Positions 31,554 to 43,792 of a DNA stretch of 64,000 nucleotides are shown piece by piece. This DNA comes from Eledone cirrhosa (taxonomy: Eukaryota), in NCBI GenBank assembly GCA_964016885.1, contig OZ024748.1, forward strand, positions 2,480,001 to 2,544,000. The letters run 5' to 3'. How positions within the stretch are numbered: the stretch's first letter is position 1; the number at the start of each line of letters is the position of its first letter. The position numbers and the translations under genes are program-made. The notes under the pieces are model-generated. The model saw nothing but the letters and a program-made list of their open reading frames with translations. It did no database searches and had not been told where the DNA came from.

Positions 31554-32466
31554 TAGGCTTCTTATGATAAAATAATTAACCCTCTTAATTTCAAACCACT
31601 CCTGGTTCTAGGATACAAAACTTTATTTCTAAGTGTGTATACATACCTAATGGCCTTTAACCATCTTTGTTTCTATGAGATAAAGTTGTTTATTTAAAAG
31701 TATTTATATTTATTTTAAAAATCCACCCACATAATTTTATGTAAGAACCTTCGTTAAGTTATGTTCCAAACACCAGCTTCATAACGATAAAGCTAGTTGA
31801 CAGAGTGTTGTAGCTTGCTTGAAGCATTGTAGAATAGGAAATATAATGCATAGAAGATTAAAGGTGCCAAGATAATAGGTGTTATAGAGTAAAGAAAGTT
31901 AGTTATAAAATTAAACCCTTTCAAATTTGTGATTCTTTTCAAAATTATTTGAAAACCATAGGCTCTGTCTCTCATTAGAAATATGGTAACAAAAGGGTTG
32001 GTGTCAGGATGGGCATCTGGCTAAAACACATTGCCTCAAAATATCCCATCCAACCCATGCCAGCATAGAAAAGTAGATGTAAAAATAATGTTGATGATAA
32101 GTGTAAATGGTAATTACACAGTGGCACCACTACAAGTATTCTAAATGTGACTTCTATATGAGTATATACAATAATTGAAAGCAGAGATTTAGCAGAGTTG
32201 TTAGAACATCAGATGGAATGTCTTGTGGTATTCCTACTCTCTGTGCTTAGAGTTCAAATTCTACTGAGGTCAACTCTGCCATAGATTCTTTTGAGGTCAA
32301 GTACTGGACTTGATTCTTTCTTTCTATCTCTATATCTAACTTCGTCTCTTTCTCTCTTTCTCTAGAAGAAACTGTTTGTGTTCAAACCTGAGGAGGGGAT
32401 GGATTCCGCCAGGTTTAAAGTACCCAATACACACCCTATGTCACTAATGTGCCCCAACATCTCTAT

Positions 32467-32771
32467 CAGAAGTTAAGGCCCCCAAGCAAGTGAATAAGCA
32501 AACGTATGAAAAATATAAGTGCAATTTTTACAGGAGTGTTTACAGTAATTTTGTTTTTCTTGTCAGTTTGTAGTTATTTTTTGACTTGATAAATGTAACC
32601 AAAGACACAGCACATCAGATGTTAAGGACCCATGGAAGCAAATAAGCAAACATTGTAAGAAAAAATATAAGTGCAATTTTTACAGGAGTGTATACAGTAA
32701 TTCTGATTTTTCTTTTTTCTTCTAGTTAATAGTTTTTTTTTTTTACTAGATAAATGTAACCAGAGACACAA
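32467..32771. repeat. Tandem duplication, two ~150-bp units
   Basis: atcaga.gttaagg.ccc...aaatataagtgcaatttttacaggagtgt.tacagtaatt...gataaatgtaacca.agacaca occurs twice. Confidence 0.85.
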
Positions 32772-33874
32772 CTTACTAGGTTTACTAAGTTAGTGTAATG
32801 TGCTACAGTATTTATTTAGTCAATATACAACAAAAGTACCCAGTCCATGCTGTAAAGTGTTCATGTAGGCAACACTGCAAAAAAGCACCCAGTCCAACCC
32901 GTAAAGAGGTCATGTAGGAAACACTGCATAAATCACACAGTCCATGCTGTAAAGTGTTTGTGTAGGCAACATTGCAAAAATCCCCCAGCACACACTGTAA
33001 ATGTGGTTGGCGTTAGTAAAGGCATCCAGTCGTAGAAAACCAGCCAGAAACAGTTCTGTGTGAGCGAATCACGGTCCCACGACCTGATCTCTCAGAATGG
33101 GACAGCTCGTCCTACCCATGCTAGTGTGGAAGATGGACGTTAAACGATGATGATGATATACAAAATTTCACAATGTCATGACAGGCCATTGACATTATAT
33201 ACAAATAATTGAGCGGTATCTAATAAAAACAAAATACACTATTATTAAAGAAAAGGAAGATATCTTTCTAAGGTAGGTTTGAGACCAAATTCCAAGACAG
33301 CTGATTCAATAGACTGCTGTTAGTCAGCATTAAAAACAAAAGCTTCAATTACTATAATTAGTGGACCAGTGCTGTCAATAATTGTTTCTACTTTTGGCAC
33401 AAGGCCAGAAATTATTCCAGTGCATTACTGGTACTTTATTTTATCGACCCCGTAAGGATGAAAGGCAAAGTTAACTTCGGTGGGATTTGAACTCAGATCA
33501 TAAAGAGAGGTAACTCTACCGTGCTGTCAGTAATGCTGGCAATAGCATTGAATATATTTAATTTTGGGAATCTAGGTTTCTTATACCATATATACCAGGA
33601 TTACTGGATATATGAACAATCATACAAACAGAGATTTGTGCATGTAAATATTGGTTTCTGATTTAGGCACAAGGCCAGCAATTTTGGGAGAGGAGAAAGT
33701 CCATTAGATCGACCCCAGTGCATTACTGGTACTTTATTTTATCGACCTCGTAAATATGAAAGGCAAAGCTAATCTCAGCAGGGTTTAAACTCAGATCGTA
33801 AAGGGGAATAACTCTATGCTATAAAACGTTGACCAATACTGCGAATCCACTATCTTAATGTGTGTATTATTAAC

Positions 33875-34099
33875 CCTTTAGTTACCAACCTGGCCAAAAC
33901 CAGCTCTGGTTCTATCAAATAAAGCCACCCATTTTAAAGATTTCCAATTTAAATCTTTCAACGTAATTTTATATAAGCACCCTACATTAAGTTACTATCT
34001 TAGTAATGGAATAATTAATAATTTTAGTAAATCCCTTAAAATTCTTCATTAATTAATTGAAACAGAGTGTATGTCATTAGAAATGCAGTCATGAAAGAG
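33875..34099 (+). mobile_element. Second TTAA-associated MITE family (related pieces at ~17730-17955, ~3925-4076, ~31580-31997, 28-56)
   Basis: ttaaCCCTTTAGTTACC start; shared terminus attagaaat..ggtaatgaaagggttaa among copies. Confidence 0.55.
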
Positions 34100-34465
34100 T
34101 TATAGATGTAGATTAGTATATAAATATTATTATATTTATATTCTATATCCATACCTGCATTGTTTTGGCCTTCTAACTCCAAACGTTTATAAATATTGTT
34201 ATATTTGGGGGAGAACTTTGAGAACTTTGAATTTATATTTATAATTTTAACTGTTGATCAGTCAATGATAAACATTGATTGCCAGCTAAATTATTTATAA
34301 AAATATAAAGCTATACTGAACTGAAGTGAAAACCAAACCAAACAGTGAGTGTGTTTTATTATTATTTTTGGTAATATTAAGACATGACCCTCCCCAAATA
34401 TAACAGTATCTGTTTCAACACACGATTTCATATAAAATATCTTGCAAAACAAATATATATAAATA

Positions 34466-34555
34466 CAGAGTGTCCCTCAAAAATATATACATCATTATAA
34501 TAAATATTGCCTGTACAGGTAATCAAAGTGTGTATACATTTTTGGCGACACCCTG
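34466..34555. mobile_element. Tiny Tc1/mariner-type MITE (90 bp)
   Basis: TA-CAGAGTGTCCC...GACACCCTG-TA with ~25-bp imperfect TIRs; second copy at 54399-54475. Confidence 0.7.
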
Positions 34556-34580
34556 TATGTGTGTGTATTTATATATATAC

Positions 34581-35702
34581 AAAGGAGTAGGCAGAAACTC
34601 CATTTTATGTCCCAAATGCAAAGTATGGGTGCATAAAAGATGTAGTGGGATCACAGGTAAGCTAACTAAGAACATAGATTTTATATGTGGCCGGAGCTCA
34701 GGTGCACTAAGTAGCAGCAAGTGCTCACAGAATACTAGCTCATTCCATTGTACAGATGGTTCTATAGAAATAGTGGACACCTTCCGTTACCTGGGTGACA
34801 AAATCAGCAGTGGTGGAGGGTGTTCTGAGAGTATAGTAGCTAGAGTCAGAACGGGATGGAAAAAGTTCAGAGAGCTTATACCACTATTGGCCGCTAAAAG
34901 GTTCTCTCTAAAAATGAAAGGCAGGTTGTATGATGCTTGCATACGAACAGCAATGTTACATGGCAGTGAGACTTGGGCATTGTGTGCAGAGGATCTGCGC
35001 AGACTGGAGAGGAACGAAGCTTGCATGCTACGTTGGATGTGTAATAGTAATATACGTGAACGGCAAAGCATAAATGAACTAAATGAGAAATTAGGAATAA
35101 GAGGGATCAGATGTTGTTTACTCGAGAGAAGACTACGTTGGTACGGTCACGTGATGCGCATGAAAGATGACAGCTGTATAAAAAAGTGCAGGGCGATAAA
35201 AATAGACGGAAGCTACGGAGTAGGCAGACCCAGAAAAACCTGGGATGACTTGATAAATTCCGACCTTACACACACCTCTCCAAGACAATGTCACTGGACC
35301 GAGATCTTTGGCGCTACACAGTAATACAGAAGACCCGCCTTACCTAAGTACAAAGTGAAACCTACAGTCAGTAGGCACCTCTTAACAAAAATACACCCCC
35401 GTCCCACTACCCCTACCCCATCCACACAATCCCTTTCGATGTAAAGTTATGTAGGTACCACAACATCCAGTCCTAAACAAATGAGGTTGTGTCGGTGTCA
35501 CGACAAAAAAAAACACACAGTCCTTGTTAAAAACCTCCCAGTCCACACTGTAAACGTGGTTGGTGTTAGGAAGGGCATCCAGCCGTAGAAAACCTGCCAG
35601 ACAGTCCTGAGCAAGACAACCAATCTTGCCTCAAGTGGGACAATTCCTGTCCAGACCCATGCTAGCGTGGAAGATGGACGTTAAACAATGATGATGATGA
35701 TG
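34581..35702 (+). mobile_element. 5'-truncated RTE-clade LINE copy (longest copy; includes a Cys/His-rich segment)
   Basis: ORF 34470-35324 SILCPKCKVWVHKRCSG...FRYLGD...MLHGSETW...LRWYGHV; (ATG)n tail. Confidence 0.9.
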
Positions 35703-36273
35703 AAATACATGTGGCATATTATGGTTCATATTTTTCATAGTAGCATTAAATATTTACCTGGGTATATCATAATACATAGGTGTATGTAAGTGCATATATA
35801 GGTACTCCCTGGCATGCATGTGTGTGTGTGTATACAGAGATAGAGGGGCAAGGAGTGAGAAAGTCGGAGCTATTTTATAACTACATCACAATTTATGTAC
35901 ACATTAACACATAGACTGTCTCTCTCTCTCTTCCCCTCTCTCTCTCTATCACTCTCTTTCCTCCCTCTCTCTCTCAACACACCTCTTAATCTATCTATCT
36001 ATATTACCTTGCTCCATATTTATCTTAGTATATCAACAGTTTTCTCTTCTTTAACACTCAATTTTATTTCAGTTATGTCACATTGACATTGCTAATCTGT
36101 ATCAGCCTTCTTCACTAATACACATACATGCATACATACATACTTACATAACATACATACTTACACACATACATACACACTGTTGAATACAGTCTTCTCA
36201 CTATATATCCTCAGGTCACTCTTGTTAAATGTTTTCCCTTACAAAGTTCTAACCTTTACACACACACACACGC

Positions 36274-36315
<42 letters not shown>

Positions 36316-36489
36316 TTACTATCAGTAAGTCTTGTTTAAGCTTCTGTTTAAGTATTATTTCTGAGTTCTTATTGTTATGAAATGTATTTTTATTGTTGAT
36401 GTTCCACTGACAAAGTGGCCATCAAAACACCAGCACAATTGTTTTATTGAGGCTCCTATCAGTCACTAATGGGTAAGGTTTGTTTCTAC

Positions 36490-36725
36490 AAGACCAGCAG
36501 TCACCCATGCATACCAATCTCCCCTCTCCATGCCACTGATGTTGTCCAAGGAAAGGCAATGGCTGATACAGCTTGGCATCAGTGACATCTTAACTCTGAG
36601 TAAACTGGAGCAACATGAAATAAAGTGTCTTGCTCAAGGACACAACACATTACCTGGTCCGAGAATCAAACTCACAACTTCTCAATTGCAAGCAAACACT
36701 CAAACCACGAAACCACACCACTTCA
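36490..36725 (-). mobile_element. Third SINE family (copies at ~31205-31350 minus, ~37095-37212 plus, ~46230-46510 plus)
   Basis: ctgagtaaactggagcaa..tgaaataaagtgtcttgctcaagga.acaacac shared between copies. Confidence 0.65.
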
Positions 36726-36827
36726 CTACAGCACAATAAATTAATTATAAATTATTTCAATTAATCATAAATGATTTGCCAACAACAACCCTGAGGACCT
36801 TTTTGAATTCCATATGAATAGCAGCAG

Positions 36828-37375
36828 TGGACATATTTACAAAACAGTACAGCTCCCATGACTTTCAGAAACATTTTTTCACGCTCAGAGTTGCTGAAGC
36901 ATGGAACAAACTACATCAGTTGTTAGCTATCGAGACACTGCATCCTTTAAAACTTCCATGCTTCCCAAAATTCGCCAATATTCCACTTGATATTCCCCCT
37001 CCATACACATGCACACATGTGTATATCATGACTCGTACTCTGTTCACTTTCCTGGCATTTGTACTTTATTCTATGTACTATACATGCACCACATGGTGAA
37101 GGCGTGTGGCTGATTAGTTAGAGAATTGGATTTGCAATTGTGAGGTTGTGAGTTCGATTCCTGGACCGGGCGATGTGCTATGTCCTTGAGCAACTTTATT
37201 TCATGTTGCTCCTTCTACCTGGAGCTGTGACCGATAGATAGTATTAACAATTGGAAAGACCAACGGAAACATTGTTTCCTCAGTCCGATTTGACGAAAGT
37301 CGATCGACTGTCAATAAATGCACCTTTGATGAGTTGTAGTGTACCTGAGCACTGTACACAATAATTTTCATTATC
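36828..37375 (+). mobile_element. CR1/L2-group LINE 3' end interrupted by a SINE (~37095-37212)
   Basis: HDFQKHFFTLRVAEAWNKL matches the FFxxRVxxxWNxL terminal motif; the inserted segment has A/B-box-like ggcgtgtggct...gagttcgattcc. Confidence 0.65.
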
Positions 37376-37407
37376 ATTCTTATACTCTTTCTATTTTTAT
37401 TTTGTAG

Positions 37408-37506
37408 GTACCAAGAGTATTTGTAAATGGTGTGTGCATTGGAGGTGGAGATGAAACTGTCCGCTTAAATTGTGCTGGAGATTTAAAGAGGCAATTGGAA
37501 AACTGA
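37408..37506 (+). CDS. GLRX: Glutaredoxin exon 2 (VPRVFVNGVCIGGGDETVRLNCAGDLKRQLEN*)
   Basis: Polypyrimidine tract plus tgtAG acceptor. The phase-0 join restores the TVP motif and supplies the GG motif. TGA at 37504-37506; protein 106 aa; intron 25161-37407. Confidence 0.92.
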   Translation, partial: VPRVFVNGVCIGGGDETVRLNCAGDLKRQLEN

Positions 37507-37650
37507 ATCTTCCTTTTTAGCTTTTTTTTTTTGTCTGTCTATCTGTCTTTCTTTTTATCTGTCTGTCTGTCTCTCGTTTTATCTTTCTGTCTGCTTGTCT
37601 GTCTGGCTTTTTCTTTCTATCTTTCTTTCTGACAGTAGCTGTTTGTTCAT

Positions 37651-37741
37651 GCAACAACAGCAACACCAACAACAACAACAGCAGCAACACCAGCAACAGC
37701 AACACCAGCAACACCAACAACAACAACACCAACAACAGCAT
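37651..37741 (+). repeat. (CAA/CAG/CAC)~30 trinucleotide repeat in the glutaredoxin 3' UTR region
   Basis: Direct reading, ~145 nt downstream of the stop codon. Confidence 0.9.
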
Positions 37742-37911
37742 ATTATGTTCATATACAGTTTCTTCAAAATGGTATTAACATTTAGTGAAAGGTTTTCTTT
37801 CTTTTTTATGATGATATAAAAAAAATGGTGGGGGGGGGGGGGGGCGTTTATTTTCTTTAATATTTTCTTTTGTCACCATTCAGATGGTTGATAAAACAAA
37901 AAGAAGTTTAG

Positions 37912-37917
37912 AATAAA
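37912..37917 (+). terminator. Candidate polyadenylation signal of the glutaredoxin mRNA
   Basis: AATAAA about 400 nt after the stop, followed by GT-rich sequence. Confidence 0.45.
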
Positions 37918-38021
37918 ATGTCATACCATTGTGTTGAATGCTGGGAAATTTATGTGTAACATTCTAACACTTGTCAATTTTTTTTGTCTATGGTGAAGGA
38001 ATTTTGTACTATTACTGTACT

Positions 38022-38138
<117 letters not shown>

Positions 38139-38341
38139 TATATAATATATATATATATATATATATCCACACACATAACCATAAATAGTATCCTTAATAT
38201 TATATATATGTATATACTAAAACTTTTTATAGTTATATATATTTTAAATCCTAAACAGTGAAGGTCAGTAATGTATTACTACCTTATTACCAGTAAGATA
38301 AATAGCTCAATGTAATAACATCAGTTGTTCTACAGAGCAGT

Positions 38342-38882
38342 TATATAGAATTCACAAGAATCAAAGCTATGTTCAAAGCATTTATTCACTTACAATTGTT
38401 TCATCCAAACCTAGGCTTGGAGTATTCGGACCATTTTTCAATGTTTGTACACATAATTGACCTCCTTTCCAACGCAAGAGACATACAGATACATATGTAT
38501 ATATTGATGTACAGTGGAGTGACATATATTATATTATATTATTTCTGTATAGCAATTCAAATTCAAAATCAAAATTAAAATACATTCGGCAGTTAACATA
38601 TTAATGCAAGAGGATATTAATATGTATTTTAATTTTGTTTTAATTTTGATTTTGATTTTGAATTTGAATTGCTATACAGAAATAATATAATATAATATAT
38701 GTCACTCCACTGTACATCAATATATACATATGTATCTGTATGTCTCTTGCGTTGGAAAGGAGGTCAATTATGTGTACAAACATTGAAAAATGCTCCAAAG
38801 GCTCCAAGCCTAGGTTTGGATGAAACAATTGTAAGTGAATAAATGCTTTGAACATAGCTTTGATTCTTGTGAATTCTATATA
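38342..38882. repeat. Long near-perfect inverted repeat (~240-bp arms, ~36-nt spacer) abutting a 1.3-kb microsatellite
   Basis: 38342-38585 is the reverse complement of 38622-38882 apart from a 4-mismatch cluster and a short duplication. Confidence 0.92.
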
Positions 38883-39145
38883 TATATATATATATATACA
38901 TATATACATACATATATATACATATATACATATATACATACATATATACATACATACATATATACATATATACATACATATATACATACATACATATATA
39001 TATATATATACATACATATATATATATATATACATACATATATATATATATATACATACATATATATATATATACATACATACATATATATATACATACA
39101 TACATACATATATATATATATACATACATATATATATATACATAC

Positions 39146-39179
<34 letters not shown>

Positions 39180-39597
39180 ACATACATACATATATATATA
39201 TACATACATACATATATATATATACATACATACATATATACATATACATACATACATATATATATATATACATACATACATATATATATATACATACATA
39301 TATATATATACATACATACATATATATACATACATACATATATATACATACATACATACATATATATATATATACATACATACATATATATATATATACA
39401 TACATATATATATATATACATACATACATATATATATATATACATACATACATATATATATATATACATACATATATATATATATATACATACATATATA
39501 TATATATATATACATACATATATATATATATACATACATATATATATATATACATACATATATATATATATACATACATATATATATATATACATAC

Positions 39598-39628
<31 letters not shown>

Positions 39629-40019
39629 CATACATATACATACATATATATATATATACATACATATATATATACATACATACATATATATATATACATA
39701 CACATATATATATATATACATACACATATATATATATATATACATACACATATATATATATATATACATACACATATATATATACATACATATATATATA
39801 TATATATACATACATATATATATATATACATACATATATACATATATATATATACATACATATATACATATATATATACATATATACATACATATATACA
39901 TACATACATATATACATACATATATATATATATACATATATACATACATATATATATATACATATATACATATATATACATATATACATACATATATATA
40001 CATATATATACATATATAC

Positions 40020-40055
<36 letters not shown>

Positions 40056-40107
40056 GCACACACACACACATATACATATATATATATACACACACACACA
40101 CATATAC

Positions 40108-40171
<64 letters not shown>

Positions 40172-40173
40172 AT
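38877..40173. repeat. ~1.3-kb compound (TA)n/(TACA)n/(CA)n microsatellite
   Basis: Direct reading; source of the long spurious Y/I/H/T ORFs. Confidence 0.97.
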
Positions 40174-40230
40174 GGATATTGATAAAAATATTTCATTGAC
40201 TTAATATAATGAACATTATTATGTTAATAT

Positions 40231-40424
40231 AGGGCGGTGGATTGGCAGTATCGGTAGAGGGTCGGACGCTATGCTTTGACGTATAGAGTTACGGCCCTTG
40301 CCATTCTGAGTTCAAATCCCGCCGAGGTTAACTTTGCCTTTCATCCTTACAGGGTCGATAAAATAAAGTACCAGTAATACACTGGGTAATTGCTGGCCTT
40401 GTGCCTAACGTAGAAAGAATTATT
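40231..40424 (+). mobile_element. Full-length tRNA-derived SINE, representative of the dominant family (~20 copies, e.g. 2115-2690 x3, 10510-10660, 19730-19880, 23010-23190, 30105-30245, 30380-30545, 33380-33520, 33650-33850, 43660-43765, 50800-50905, 51060-51170, 53740-53895)
   Basis: A box TGGCAGTATCGG, B box GAGTTCAAATCC, conserved body ctttgcctttcatcct...ggggtcgataaaataaagtaccagt, (ATT)n tail. Confidence 0.88.
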
Positions 40425-40679
40425 ATGTTAATATTATGCTGTTCCCCTACTCCCGCTTCACCATTTTAACCCCCTAATTGCAACCCTTAATCCCCTACCA
40501 CACCTAAATTTGAAATAACCAACTATCTCCTGAACTATCATTTTTCTGAGTTTTTTTCCTTAATTTTCTCATGAAGCAAAATTATTGTTAAACCAAATCA
40601 GAAATATTTTTAATTTTTTAATTATATTCCTGAGAGTTTTTTGTCTGTTTCTTGTCTGAATTTATATTTTTACTCAGTC

Positions 40680-40932
40680 CCCTCCCCCATTTTTACCTTT
40701 CTCTCCCTATTATCCTTCCCTATCTTTATCTCTCCTTCTCTCTCTCTATATATATATCTCTTTCTCTATTTCTCTCCTTCTCTCTCTATATATATATATT
40801 TATCTCTCCTCTCTCTCCCTAATATCCTTGTCTCTCTTTTTCCCTCTTTATTTCTCTCCTCTCTCTATATATATATATATCTTTCTCTCTTTCTCTCCTT
40901 ATCTCTCTATATATACCTTTCTCTCTTTCTCT
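40680..40932. repeat. Polypyrimidine (CT)n-rich low-complexity tract
   Basis: Direct reading. Confidence 0.8.
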
Positions 40933-41698
40933 GACAGCCATTGACAGTTTTGTATTTTTTTTACATTTAATATCTGATTGAACTCTTCATTATATTCACA
41001 GATCAAATAACATTTGATTAGAAATTCTGTCTTCTGTTTACTTTTTATTTTGTCAATTTATTTTTAAAGTAAAGAGGTTATTAGTTAAATTTTCACTAGT
41101 TCTAAGTTTATATATAAATATATATATATATATATACACATTTTAGGGATTCTGAAGAAAAGTTTATATATATATATATTTATGTTTATACACATTTATG
41201 TTTATAAGATTAGGTCACAATTTTGATCCTTCTTACAATCTGGAGATTTGGTCAATATTGGGCCTTGAAATCTTAGGTAGCGATTTTATTCTGTGTATAA
41301 ACATAAATATATATTATATATTTATGTTCATACATATAATATAATTATATATATATTACACACATTATAGGGATTCTGCTGAAAAACTTAGCTCTCTCTC
41401 TCTATATATATATATATACATATATTGTCAAATAACCTGCTTCAAGCATTCAGACTGGGTCTCTAGCTTGAGCATACTGTTCTCCTTCCCTCCCACCAGT
41501 CTCAAAGACCCTGAAAAGGGTCAACCCCTACTTTTCCCTCTCTCTAACTAAGCATTAGAAAGAAAAAATGTCACTTTTGACCAAATCATTTTTACTTTAG
41601 AAGATTAATAGTAAAAAAAAATACAACAAAATATTATATCTCACTCATTGTTTCTTGCCCTCACATTACCTCTTTCTTTAATTTAAAATAATAATAGT

Positions 41699-41732
<34 letters not shown>

Positions 41733-41740
<8 letters not shown>

Positions 41741-42002
41741 GTGAACAACACAAAATATAATTACTCCATTACCAAAGGTTTCTGGATACCAGACAATATT
41801 AATATACGTCTGGATCGGTCATCATCAGACAGATAACATCTCTGCCTGATGACCGATCCAGACGTATATTAATATTGTCTGGTATCCAGAAACCTTTGGT
41901 AATGGAGTAATTATATTTTGTGTTGTTCACTTTCTAATTAAATAGTTCTGTTCTTTACATAGGTCACTCTTTTTTCCTTTGCCTTTCCTTCAGAATTACC
42001 TA

Positions 42003-42004
<2 letters not shown>
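41733..42004. mobile_element. Family 2 hammerhead-box element with a perfect 92-bp inverted repeat (41733-41824 / 41847-41938); homologous single copy at ~18525-18686
   Basis: Arms are identical by eye. CTGATGA...GAAACCTTTGGTA lies in the arm. The 3' tail ...cagaa(t/a)tac(c/t)taaca is shared with the 18.6-kb copy. Flanked by (TA)n and (CA)n. Confidence 0.6.
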
Positions 42005-42034
<30 letters not shown>

Positions 42035-42251
42035 TGGAAAGATTGATTATTTAATACAATTGTATAAAGACAAATTAATGTTGAGTTAAATTTTATGTCG
42101 ATATAACGACTCAGTATTTGAATAAGAAGCTCCACTGTGAAAAAAAAAAATGAAGTGTTAACACACTTTCTACTATTCTCTCTATACACAGAAAAACATG
42201 AAAGATTATTCAGGTGTATAGGTACTCTCTTGTGAAGGGTGTTTTTATTAC

Positions 42252-42390
42252 TTTATTAATGTCATCGACATGATGAGGGCTATGGACTTCTGTTTGTTAT
42301 TCTTTGAGTCTCCTTTCCCACCAAACCATAAATAAGTTGGCAACACCGATGGCTGTTCCTTCATCTTGGATGTATGTTTTCTTATTTGAT
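42252..42390 (-). pseudogene. Relic of a Penelope-like element reverse transcriptase
   Basis: In-frame TYIQDEGTAIG-VANLFMVWWERRLKE*QTEVHSPHHVDDINK resembles the PLE RT motifs QxxGxAxG...ANLFM and YVDD; contains a stop. Confidence 0.55.
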
Positions 42391-43761
42391 ATGATAACAT
42401 AAAAGCTTATCTTTTCTCCTTTTATATCCTGCTTGGTATAAAATAACAATGGCGTAAAAATTCTTTTGTAGGCAAAATCATAGGAGGCATTTATCTTCTG
42501 ATGAAAAGATAATGATTTCAGAAACATGTAAAGATAATCTCTTATGTTTTTGTTTTTTTTGCATACAGAGGGACAGTAGAAGGTATTTATACTTCATTCT
42601 TTTCACAGCGAGGCTTATAATTAAAAAAAAAAACTAGTTATATCTATATTAGATTTATCTTAAATCTTCTAACATATACTGTGTTCTGCATAAAAATATT
42701 TATTATTTAACAAATTTATTTCAATAATGTGCTACATATCATTAAACATTCTAATTATAAATTAATTAATTACATCATCGACAAGTCATTTAAGCCATTC
42801 AAAAACACTCCAAAAACTGTAAAGTTCACTTTACATTTATCATTTATTTCTTGGTGTCAACATTTTTACCATCTTCTTTGTGATGTGGTCACTGATACAT
42901 TTCCACTGTAACAGAATTTTAACACTAAGACAGACGATAAAGATTTTATGTGGTTTTTGAATAATTAAAATGACTCTTCCATGATGTAATTGCTTCAGTT
43001 TCAACACTGTCTCAGAGCAAGCCATTTGCAAGACAAGTACAACTCTGATATTGTGAATGTTTCATTAAATAATTACTACAAATTTTAAACAGAAAATATA
43101 CATGTTAAAACAGATTGGAGGTTCCAGAGTTCTGAAGAAGGTTACAAATTTCAATTTGGATCTTAAATGTTTTGAAGAAGTCACATGTAACAAACATGTT
43201 TTATAATTTTCTGTTACCATTTGTTGCCTTAAAATATATATTCCTATTATTTTGTTATGGAAACTAACTTCTTCAATCTTATTATATGTGTAGTTTTTAG
43301 TTGTTAGTAAAGGAGATTTACTGATATCATATTTTCAAATAGCAATATTTCATGTCATTATGGGTCGTGAATTGAATCATTACAACAATTTATTAATCTG
43401 TTGTTGTTGTTGTTATGCCTCTAGGTTCCTGTCTGGAGATACAACAAAAAGAAAGAAAAACTTAACTCTATATTCCTCAGTTCACCTATAGGGTATGTTC
43501 TGTGTGTCCTATCCAGGAGAAGATGTATCTCTCATTCACTTAACATTATGAAAGCAAGGTTAAGCACCCATATTACAAAGCCTCAGAGGGCTCTACAATA
43601 CATTTACCTTATTTTTTCTCTTATTAATCAATAAAAAGGAGCATACAGTTATGGCCCATTAGGTTCTGATTTCAAATCCTGCTGAGGTTAGCTTTGCCTT
43701 TCATTCTTACGGGGTCGATAAAATAAAGTACCAGTAATGCACTGGGTTGATTTAATCGACT

Positions 43762-43792
<31 letters not shown>

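Noticed and set aside
34470-35324. 284-aa ORF as a host gene
   Set aside because: A MITE and microsatellite fused to a 5'-truncated RTE LINE; lacks the RT core and has no true ATG start
37517-37819. PolyQ, polyL and polyC ORFs
   Set aside because: Frames of the trinucleotide repeat in the glutaredoxin 3' UTR
38640-40199. Five 420-520 aa ORFs of Y/I/H/T/M/C/V
   Set aside because: Translations of a stop-free (TA)/(TACA) microsatellite; the same applies to ORFs at 8968-9471, 31291-31575 and similar
40231-40325. tRNA gene suggested by A and B boxes
   Set aside because: No cloverleaf; it continues into a multicopy SINE body
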